Positions 24,174 to 34,347 of a DNA stretch of 64,000 bases are shown here, piece after piece. Both the position numbers and the translations under genes were made by a program. The notes under the pieces are model-generated. The model worked only from the letters and a program-made list of their open reading frames with translations. It was not told the origin of the DNA and did not search any database. The DNA comes from Felis catus (taxonomy: Eukaryota): the NCBI RefSeq assembly GCF_018350175.1, contig NC_058368.1:99264001-99328000 (forward strand), given 5' to 3'. The stretch's first letter is position 1. Each line of letters begins with the position of its first letter.

Positions 24174-24599
24174 AAATGTTTTTTGTCAACTTAATAACAC
24201 TTTTGAATTAATATTATGAAAGAAAGCATGGTAAACAAAGAGCCTATGATGGAAAAATGTAATGATTGTAGTACGTGATGAAACATGCATAGATTTTAAG
24301 GTTTAGATTTTATAAAGTACATTTTATTTACTTTTAAGATACATTAATTTACAAAGTAAATCATTTTTACCTGGCTGGTTTTATGGCCTAGCACCTATGA
24401 AATATGTAAAGTGGTAGAGACAACTTTGTAGATATATCTGTGTGTTTGAGTTGTTTGTGTGCTTATATATTTTTCTCATTTTAGCCCAAATGTTTGTACT
24501 CCTTTCCTGATTTTTGTCTTTCACATACTTAAGTAAAATCAATATTCAATCAGTGTAGTGTATATTAAAGGCTTAGTCTTAGTAGTTTTATAAATGTGC

Positions 24600-24715
24600 T
24601 TTGATCCCTCTTTCATAGAAATGACAACTGAGGGACACACATTCACTTAGTTACCAACTCCCAATAACAAGGGACGGAGTCAGTTTGAAAGTGACATCTT
24701 TTGCTGTCGTTGAAT
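24600..24715 (-). mobile_element. MIR fragment
   Basis: ATCCCTCTTTCATAGAAATGACAACTGAGG core. Confidence 0.5.
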
Positions 24716-24754
24716 TCCCAGTTCCACAGTCCTCACTTTCTTGAATTAGTTTTA

Positions 24755-24973
24755 TTTATTATTATTTTTTTAAAGTTTATTTATTTTTGGGACAGAGAGA
24801 GACAGAGCATGAACAGGGGAGGGGCAGAGAGAGAGGGAGACACAGAATAGGAAACAGGCTCCAGGCTCCGAGCCATCAGCCCAGAGCCCGACGCGGGGCT
24901 CGAACTCCCGGACCGCGAGATCGTGACCTGGCTGAAGTCGGACGCTTAACCGACTGCGCCACCCAGGCGCCCC
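24755..24973 (-). mobile_element. Young felid Can-SINE (SINEC_Fc-type)
   Basis: Perfect 16-bp TSD TCTTGAATTAGTTTTA at 24739 and 24974; CpG-intact. Confidence 0.97.
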
Positions 24974-25270
24974 TCTTGAATTAGTTTTAAAATTCAGTGT
25001 CTCTCCCTTTCTAAACTTTAAGCTCCTTTACTACAGAAAGCATATCACAATACCTACAGAAAAAGTAGATACAGATATATGTTGAATAATAGTATATTAA
25101 ATAAGCCTTCATACACACACATATACCATTATTCTTTTCCCATTGACGAAAAACTCATTTAATCTCAAGACCCTTCCAAGACCTAATTACCAATCTCGGC
25201 TTGTCATGATCTACATACAGAGCTATCATCATAGTTTTATACCTTATTTTAAAAATTTTAATGCATCTTT

Positions 25271-25293
25271 AAATTTTTTAAAAAGTTTATTAT

Positions 25294-25349
<56 letters not shown>

Positions 25350-25522
25350 CATTTGCGAGTTGGGGAGGGGTGGAGAGAGAGGGAGAGAGAATCCCAAGCA
25401 GGGTCCAAGCTGTCAATGCGGAGCCTGACATGGGGCATGAACTCACAAGCCATGCAGATAATACCTAAGCCAAAATCAAAAGTCAGACAGACGCTCAACC
25501 GACTGAGCCACCTAGGTGCCCC
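25271..25522 (-). mobile_element. Can-SINE with long (GA)n
   Basis: Antisense SINEC. Confidence 0.93.
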
Positions 25523-25567
25523 TAAAACAAAAATTAATGTATTTTTGACTATTAAATTAAATATGCA

Positions 25568-25776
25568 GGGCCCCCTGTGTTGCTCAGTCGGTTTAGACTC
25601 CAACTCTTGATTTCAGCTCAGGTCATGATCCCAGAGTTGTGAGATCGAGCCCGGCATCAGGCTCTGCTCTGAGCATGGAGCCTGCTTGGGATTCTCTCTC
25701 TCCTTCTGCCCCTCCCCTGCTTACACCTGTGCACATGCTCTCTCTGTCTAAAATTAAAAAATAATAATAATAATAA
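25568..25776 (+). mobile_element. Can-SINE
   Basis: Head-to-head with the previous SINE. Confidence 0.92.
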
Positions 25777-25809
25777 TTTTCAACTATCAACACTTTTCAA
25801 GTTTATGGT

Positions 25810-26197
25810 CTTTTTAAAATGAAGTATATAATTGATATGCAGTGTTACATTAGTTTCAGGTTTACAACACCGTGGTTCAGTACTTCTATACATTACACAG
25901 TGCTCACCATGACATGTGTAGTCACCATGTGTCAACATTTGACATTATTACAATATTCTTGTATGCTCTATGCTGTACTTTCCTTCTCCATGATTTGCTT
26001 ATTTTATAATTGCAAGTGTGAACTTCTTAATCCCCTTCATCTCTTTAACCCATCCCCCCACCACCACCTCTGGTCTGGCCACCACCAGAGGTGGTTTGCC
26101 GTATTTATCCTGAAGTAAATTACTTTGTTCTCTGTATTTTAAGTCTGTCTGTTCTGTTTTTCTGCTTTGTTTTTTTCGATCTTCGTTTGTTTTTTTA
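25810..26197 (-). mobile_element. Carnivore L1 3' end
   Basis: GAAGTATATAATTGATATGCAGTGTTACATTAGTTTCAGGTTTACAACA terminus motif. Confidence 0.85.
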
Positions 26198-27496
26198 ATA
26201 CTACTGAATAATTACTTGATTATATGATGATAGGAAATAAAAAGTCAAGTGCACATTTTAATAAGTTATATTGAAGCCAAAACACTGTAAATGAAAAGAT
26301 GGGCATTTTTTGTAGGTATACTCTTGCTGTTTTTGTCATTAACATGTTGTGTTTTTCAAAGAGTCATGCTTATTTAAATGACAGATTTCTTTATTTTCAG
26401 ATCAAAACACATAATCAAAACATATTCCCAAATAAAGTATGAATGTTGGCAGGGGTTCAATATTCTTGATTTTAAAAGAAATTCTAGGAATCAAGTGGAA
26501 TGAGCCATTTCCTTTTACTAATGAAATGAGATAAGGCACTCTATTTTCCAGCTATCTGTTCTTACAAGGGTTGGAGCTAAAGTAGAATGAATTGAGTGGT
26601 TTGACTATAAATAGGAAATAGAGCAGTGCCATTTACAACATAGTACGTTGAATTGTTTACCTGCCATATCCATTGGCAAGTGTAAAGTCCTCTAGTGAAT
26701 CACTTACCTTGTTGTTTATGCTGGTTTAAAAAAAATCCTCATATGTAAGGAAAAAAGAAAGTCACATGTCATTTCACTTCTTCAAATTGAATCTAGGCTT
26801 ACAATTTGGTCTGCTTTTGAAAATGAGTTTTGTCTAGTATTTTTCTCCCAAGTACACCCTTAACACAGAAAAATACTCACACATTGTTTTTAGACAGATT
26901 TTTGCTTTTTTCCAGGATTTCAAACGGTTCTGAAAAGGAAAGTAAGTTTATAAAAGTACTACCTACATATACCATAAGAGTTTCTTTTAAAGAGGAAAAC
27001 AAATCTGGAAAGTCTGCCAAGTTATCCCAATGTATATTTACTAACATTTTAGTAAATATTAAATGGCCTTGGTTCTGGATTTATGAAAACAAAACAAAAC
27101 AAAAATACAAAAAGGACCACCTTGTCCTCCAGACAGTTTAACTATTACTGGGATATGGGTCTCAAGTGTTAGCTCAGAGGTGGAGGGAAAAGACTTCATC
27201 AAGTAATTTTCCATAATCACTTGGTAGAAATTTAGAAGAATTAGTGTAAATTATGGAATGCCCATCTTGCAAATAAGAGAAAACCAAGCAGGGAAAAACC
27301 ATATTGCCCATTCTAGACAACACTGCACATGTCCAGGCGGGCTCCCAATCTCTTCTCTTTAAAATTCAGATTTTACCTTCCCTTCTCTCTATAGCGGTGC
27401 CTCTATCCCACCTTTTGGAACTCCTTTTACTCTATAATTTTCTATTGAGTAAAAGTTTTTTGCATAACTTATCCATGACCTCTCCACTAGGGAACT

Positions 27497-27590
27497 GAAA
27501 GAAAAGAAAAAGAAAAAAAAAAAAGGAAAAAGAGGAGAGAAGGGAGAGGAGAGGAGTGAAGGAAGAATAAAGGAAGGAAGGAAAGAGAAA
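27497..27590. repeat. Purine-rich low-complexity tract
   Basis: A/G runs directly visible. Confidence 0.85.
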
Positions 27591-29126
27591 ACCTTTTAAT
27601 TTTCAATGATGCCATTACTATTGTAGAGAAATAAGGAATGAGTAGCAAATTAGACAAGAAAATGTTATAAAATTTCTAGTTATCTTAGAGAGTCCTTGTA
27701 ATTATTTCTTGGTTTATATTTATTATATATATTTATAAATATATAAAAACATATCGATTTGCTTAAAATTTCTTCCTGGTAATACTGTCCATATATCTCG
27801 AATTTCTTACCCGTTCAATCTTAAAACCCTAAAATGATCTTCAAGACATTCAATAATCTAATACCTGCTCTTTTATGGGCATCAGTCAGTTAGAAGAACA
27901 TCGAGCTATAAACAACTGAATGTCCCTCCTGGTAAATGCATCCAACATGGAACTAAACAGGCATTGCATGTTTCTGCCCAGAGCTGGGTAATACTCAGGT
28001 CAATGTACCCCTTATTTTATAAGGAAAAGATCTCTCTTAGTCTTCTCGAGTTTAAGGTAGGTTTGACTACCCTTATGCTAGTTGTTAACACATTTGTATG
28101 AATGTACTACCCACTTGTATTTTGTTCTCAGCCTGTATCATCTATTTTTCATAATCTCCTTTTAACTATCCAACTGACCCCCATAGTCTGCTCTTACCTG
28201 ACATCGAGTATGTTAGGACAGAAGTGGTAAGATCCCGGAGGCAAAACTTTATACTGTGCAAAGTTTTAGCTCTAAGCCCAGTAAGGATTAAAATGAGACA
28301 CTTTTTGTAATCTAGTATGAAAAATAAGATGTAAATTCCATTGCTAACCAGTGCTTTTGAGCAAAAACAATTTACAGAAAGCTGGGAAAGACAACTGTTT
28401 TTTTTTTTTTTGACTTAGAAAAGCAGCTTACAGTTTTCATAAAAATACCTATAATATTTTTGAAAGACTCCACCGTTTTGTGAAATGATACAAACCTTCC
28501 AAGTTTAGAAGGTCCATTTTCTGAACTTTTCAGAGATTAAAGCAGTCTGCAAATAGTGTGAACTCTGAGATTACCAGCCCCCTTTCCTGGTAATAGTAGT
28601 TTGTCTTTAGAGGCAAGTGATAAAAATCACCACTTAAATCACCTGAAGGAAAAATACAAACAAAAGAGAAATAAATGCTTCTTAGTGGCTGGAAAGAATA
28701 CTGGAGCAGCTTACAAAATCAAAGAAGAAACACTTAGTATGAAGGCTTCAGACAAGATCCTGGGATTCGGGGCTAGCAGGACTCTCTGATCTCTGCTAGT
28801 TTTTACTGGATTTCATTTTTTCCATAAAGCTTATCTGCTTTGTGAGAAAGGTCTAATGAGAGCCCTGTAATCTTAATATTTATGATCCAAGATGATAAGA
28901 ATCTTGACTTACATTTGCAATTCAAAACTTACGGGAAGGACTCCAAATGACCCAGCCTTGGTTACATTTGTGCCGCTGCAGTGGCACAGAAGGCAGCCTG
29001 ATGATTGTTGATGCTGCAGGAAATGAGTAAAAGGGATAGGTTTTCCAAGGGATGTGCAGTGTTCTTAGAAGAAGGATATTAAGAAACTGTTCTGAGCCTT
29101 GTGAGTATGAGCACCAGGGTGCCTAT

Positions 29127-29174
29127 ACACACACACACACACACACGCACGCACGCACGCACGCGCTCACTCAC
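29127..29174. repeat. (CA)n(CACG)n alternating purine-pyrimidine repeat
   Basis: Directly visible. Confidence 0.92.
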
Positions 29175-29445
29175 TACTTACCATGATTTAATTCACTAAT
29201 TCACTTGGGGATCACTTTTTAGAAAGTTAAATGTGTCCAGTGGGGGACTGACCGTGAATGACGTAGTACATGCAGAATCATCCAATACCAGGCTGAAAAA
29301 GAGTGAACTGGAAACAGGGCCACGTGGCAACAGTTTCTGAAATACATTCTTTTGTCCTTTGCAGAATGGTAGCAGTCATGAAAATTCCTCTCAGTGAGGC
29401 AGAGATTATTCATTGGATAGAATGATCAGAAACACACAAGAGTAT

Positions 29446-29627
29446 GGGCGCCTGGGTGGCTCAGTTGGCTAAGCATGTGACTCTTGATTTTGGCTCAGGT
29501 CATGATTTCATGGTTCCATCCCCATGTTGGGCTCTCTACTTGGGATTCTCTCTCTCCCTCTCTCTCTCTCTCTGCCCCTCCCCTGCTCCCTTGGTCTCTC
29601 AAAAATAAATGAATAAACTTAAAAAAT
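29446..29627 (+). mobile_element. Can-SINE with internal deletions
   Basis: TSD ACAAGAGTA. Confidence 0.92.
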
Positions 29628-30188
29628 ATATACAAGAGTAGATTTTGCACCGTGATAGACTACCAGGTTGTAAACTAGGAATGTATATGTGAGTCCATGA
29701 GTCTAGTTTTGTATTGGAATCCTTCATTCATTTAGCTGTGTTTTGGGCATTTGTGCATTGCCTGTGTGCAGAGATAAATCCCATGAAAACAAAATCCTGT
29801 CAGTTTCCTAAAGGGGCAGACATTTCTGTTCAACTTAATTCCACGTATGTGCAGTACCACTTAGGCACATGATACGGAGGTGGAAGCAAAAATGAAGACT
29901 TGTTTATTCAAGAGGAATTCGCAGTCTCCTGTGGCAACCTCTCCCTCCCGGCACGTGCAAATGCATAAAAATAAAAACTCATACAGAGTGGTGGAGCATT
30001 TAGGACTTAGTATTGCACTGTTAACCAAATACTGTGCACACACTCATGTGTGTATCTCTGTGTGTGTATATGCAAGAGGGGCTGTCTAGGAGAACTTTGA
30101 AAAGAAAAAAGGCATAGTCTGAGTAATTTTCCTGTAAGTCTGAATCCTTTCCTCTCTCTACCCTGTCTGGTGAACTTGTATATAACAG

Positions 30189-30442
30189 AACTTGAGGATG
30201 AGATTGGAGAGGAAACCAAGAATGAGGAGACTCCAGTGTTGGGGGAAGTTGAGTTGAGAGCAGAGTCAGAAAGTGAAGTTACCACGGGCCCCAAAGAATC
30301 TGGAAATGATTGCCCCAAGTGAAGGCTACAGAAGTAACTACCAAAGCCTGAAGCGGGGTTCCAGGATCTGCAGTTGAGGAAAATGAGGCGACGAGGCACA
30401 TGGACTGGATCAGGTGCAGATGGGTATAAGGAGAGGCACTCG
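30189..30442 (+). pseudogene. Candidate decayed acidic (Glu-rich) exon
   Basis: Pyrimidine tract and ACAG acceptor; 44 open codons ELEDEIGEETKNEETPVLGEVELRAESESEVTTGPKESGNDCPK*; TCG|GTGAGC donor at 30442. Confidence 0.25.
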
Positions 30443-30839
30443 GTGAGCCCCTGTTGCCTTAAATGATGTCAGTGTGAGGCTCAGTCACTAAGGTCAACAT
30501 GCTGTGGGTGGAGTAGCCAGGAAATGCATGCCTGCAGAACATAGCGCCTTTCCTGGACACTGGTAAAGAAGTAGGCTTTGAATTTATTACCTTGATATAT
30601 CATATGATATCTTACAACGCTTAAAATCAAACAAACAAACAAACAAAACAGTTGGGACAGATTTTTAAAGCAGAATAAGTAATGGAGATCGATAATGTAC
30701 CAAGGCAGATGCACGTAATTTAGATAAATCGACCATATAATTCTGGCGGCAGCAGATTCATGTTTTAGGAATATGGCAGATCCAAAAGGTCTGCAAACCT
30801 TTAAGAGCTGGATAGAAAGGCAGTTTGGGTAGGGAATGA

Positions 30840-30867
30840 GGGGTGGGGGAGGGGGGTGGGGGTGGGG
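30840..30867 (+). other. G-quadruplex motif
   Basis: GGGG-T-GGGGG-A-GGGGGG-T-GGGGG-T-GGGG. Confidence 0.8.
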
Positions 30868-31737
30868 AAGCCCTGTTTAGATAATAGGATTACCTGGTTT
30901 CCAGGAGTTTGTAATGAATGGTAAGAGCCTAGTGTGTTACAAACAGTATCTGCAGAACGTAATGGAGAATAAAATAATGTTTCCACAAATTAGAGCTTGC
31001 TGGAGATCCACTGCTGAAATATAAAATCACACTTTTAGAAGATACAACAAATACATCACTTAGACGCTTTTCAGTGATAGGGTCTACCCATAACTGTTAA
31101 ACAGACGAAACCATAAGCCAACATTGTCCTCATATCAGAGTCTTTTTCTGTAAATAGTGGTTTCTTACAAGCGCTTGACATTATGCATGTGACTAATGAA
31201 GAAGACTGTGCTTATGCCAGTTATGTCAATTTGCTTTTATTTTTTTGCCCCTGATTAAAGAAACTTGGGTTTACATTTAATTCCTGTACAATGATGTCAA
31301 GCTGTGAAAAATTTTACCCAGTTTGAGGACCCCGCAGCTTTCGATTTATCCCAGTTACTAAGATAGATTGCAACTTGGAAATACTGTAGTGGTGCCTTAC
31401 ATAATTTTGAGTAGCGAAAATAGCTGGAGGTGATTAAATTACGATGTATATTTTGAAAAGACACTTCTAAGTAACCCAGTGATTCATAAGGTAAATAAGT
31501 CACGCAAGGTTTTTGTTTTGTTTTGTTTGTTCTTTGCTGAGGTATGTGGAGCATCTCTGGAGCCACAGATCATTTAAACACTATGGGATGGGTCTTAGAT
31601 TTCCAGCATAAGCTGCATCTAGCGGGCCGCTTGCAAGTAAGGGGCTGGTGGAACCATTGTGGAGCTGACTTCAAATCCCTCCTACCATAAGAGGGCTTCT
31701 GGGAGGAGTAAAGAGATGGCAGAAGAAAGAGATAGGT

Positions 31738-31937
31738 GGGGCTCCTGGGTGGCTCAGTCAGTTAAGTGTCTGGCTCTTGATTTCAGCTCAGCTCACGATC
31801 TCATGCTTCATGAGTTCAAATCCCTCATCAGGCTCTGTGCTGACAGAGCACAGCCTGCATGGGATTCTCTCTCTCCCTCTTTTTCTGCCCCTCTCCTGCT
31901 CAGTCTCTCTCTTTCTCAAAATAAATACACGTTAAAA
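31738..31937 (+). mobile_element. Can-SINE
   Basis: Typical SINEC. Confidence 0.94.
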
Positions 31938-32176
31938 GAAAGATACTGATGAGAATAGTTACTTCAGGAATTGAGGAAGGAGTTACAAGTGACCCCGTAT
32001 TTGTTGTATTGAGTGTATTGGTCATGTCAGGGAGCTACAGGGGAGAAGTATCAGTGATGAGATTCCACTACAGATTCCTGGTCACATAAGACCCCTCCTG
32101 GCCCCCTTTCTCTTTTATCCTTGCTTCTCATCCAAAAACACAAGTCACAAATACAACTTAAAAACAAAACATACTT

Positions 32177-32396
32177 GGGGCGCCTGGGTGGCGCAGTCGG
32201 TTAAGCGTCCGACTTCAGCCAGGTCACGATCTCACGGTCTGTGAGTTCGAGCCCCGCGTCAGGCTCTGGGCTGATGGCTCGGAGCCTGGAGCCTGTTTCC
32301 GATTCTGTGTCTCCCTCTCTCTCTGCCCCTCCCCCGTTCATGCTCTGTCTCTCTCTGTCCCAAAAATAAATAAAAACGCTGGAAAAAAAAAAAAAA
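32177..32396 (+). mobile_element. Young felid Can-SINE (SINEC_Fc-type)
   Basis: TSD AAAAACAAAACATACTTG at 32160 and 32392; near-pure A tail. Confidence 0.97.
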
Positions 32397-32539
32397 CAAA
32401 ACATACTTGTATATATAAAACAAATCTCTATATATGTATGGAGGGAGAGAGGAAGGAAGGAAGGAACTTTTTTAACTAGCTTCTTTCTAAAGGGCCCCTG
32501 AATCCAAAGAACTGTTGCATCTTCAAAACATACTGCCTA

Positions 32540-32704
32540 GGGACACATGGGTAGCTCATTTGGTTGAGCAACTCCCTCTTTATTTTGGCTCAGATCATGA
32601 TCTCACAGTTCCTGGGATCCAGCCCTGTGTCGGGCTTTGTACTGACAGCATGGATCCTGTTGGGGATTCTTCCTCAGCCCCTTTTCCCCTTGTGCACTCA
32701 CTTA

Positions 32705-32756
<52 letters not shown>

Positions 32757-32781
32757 TAAATAAATAAATAAACATTAAAAA
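32540..32781 (+). mobile_element. Can-SINE
   Basis: TSD-like AAAAC(C)ATACTGC. Confidence 0.92.
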
Positions 32782-32884
32782 GAAAACCATACTGCTTAAG
32801 GCCCATAACACACTGATAGCTCATGGTTTATAGCCTGATGTCCCCCCTATGTGGGCAGTCCCAGTACAACAATTCAGCCATGTG

Positions 32885-33390
32885 TGACTCATTTGTTTAC
32901 CTCCCCCCACCCCGCCCGGAACTGAACACTTTTATGCCTGTAGGATTTATAATTAAATAATCATTGAGTTAAATACACAAAATCAAGCTGTATTTTCATA
33001 TCCAAAAATACTATTATATTCACAGTCAAGTGTAAAGGAGAATATGAAAGCCCCGCGGAGCATCCTTCTTGCATTCTGTTTGTAATTCACCGTGGCATTT
33101 GCCAAGCTTTTGCATTTGTTATAGATGGAGGTAGTATTCCGCTCAGAGGTTAAATTTTTGGTGCTGCCCGAAAGCGTTTCTTTGCGGCTTGGCTTGTTAC
33201 AATTCTGGGGTGTTCTCCTTTTAAAACTTTTTATAATATATTCATCTTTGGATGGGGTAAAGGGTATCGCGTTGTGGTGATGATTAATAGATGAGGTGCA
33301 AGTATGCTCAGTCTGGCCATGATGCTCACTTCTACTTTCTCCTCAGTTGCTGTTGGAGATCGTCACTCTGGCTAAAGGCCTTACGCTAGT
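32885..33390. promoter_or_regulatory. Candidate enhancer or weak promoter
   Basis: TGACTCA, TGTTTAC, CCCCACCCC, CCCCGCCC and CCGGAA within 38 bp; 13 CpGs in about 475 bp of non-repeat DNA. Confidence 0.45.
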
Positions 33391-34148
33391 GTTTCTCTTT
33401 GTCTAGCAAGCTCTAATCTCTCTCTTAGGGACCAAGTACCTAGCTTCTTTTTTTTTTTTTTTTTCTTTTCGTTTTCTGATTATGTGATCCCTTAATGTAC
33501 TAGAAACTTCCAGAAGGAAGTAACATGGGGTTCTTCTTGTGTCTATTTGTACATAAACCTTTGACTCTGGGAACTGGAGCACCAGTATGAAATATTTCTC
33601 AGTAGTGTTCTTTAGCTTTAAAGGATTAATTTACTACTATGTTTATTAAAAAAAAAAATTAAGGGAAATAAAAGAGAGTCGAAACACACTTTTATTTTCT
33701 TGGGGTTTGTTGTTTAAAATTATAGGCAGTCGGGAGACACTGATTCATGTTCTGTTAGCTAGGTGTCCAGTTTTCACCAAAAGGCCCTCTGGTGTTTGGA
33801 GGTTGTTTTGTTTAACCCACAGAATGACATAATGCATGATACTTGCATTTTTTGTGCTTCCTCATGATATAGATTCTCTGTCCTCTAAAGACTTTGTAAT
33901 TCTGCTAAAATCAAAATGTATTTTTGCAGTTCTCAAAAATTATTTAATATTTACTGTCTGTGTTGACAGTATTTCTTATTTACACTCCATATTACATTTT
34001 ACGTTTTTTTGTGACAGTTAAAGGTAAATCATACTATCAGTATACAAATAGATGCTTAGTTGATCCATAAACATGATTATGGCTTAAGATGTATTGTGAC
34101 ATATATTTACTCTCTTTTAAAGAATAAAAGGTCTTTGACTGTGGTACA

Positions 34149-34347
34149 TTTTTTAAGTTATTTATTTATTTTGATTGAGAGGGCACAAGCGGGGCAGTGG
34201 CAGAGAGAGAGGGAGAGAAAGACAGAATCCCAAGCAGTCTCCACACTGACCTCACAGAGCCCAATGCGGCTTTTTCACGAACCCTGAAAAGACCTGAGCC
34301 AAAACCAAGAGTCAGGTGCTTAACCGACTGAGCCACCCAGGAGCCCC
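34149..34347 (-). mobile_element. Can-SINE
   Basis: Antisense SINEC. Confidence 0.92.

Noticed and set aside
17938..24749. TTTCTTGAATTA beside two young SINE insertions
   Set aside because: The inferred nick positions differ relative to the motif; compatible with generic AT-rich L1 endonuclease targets.
27726..27745. 20-bp perfect AT palindrome TATATATTTATAAATATATA
   Set aside because: Low-complexity TA sequence; far too short for a PATRR-type element.
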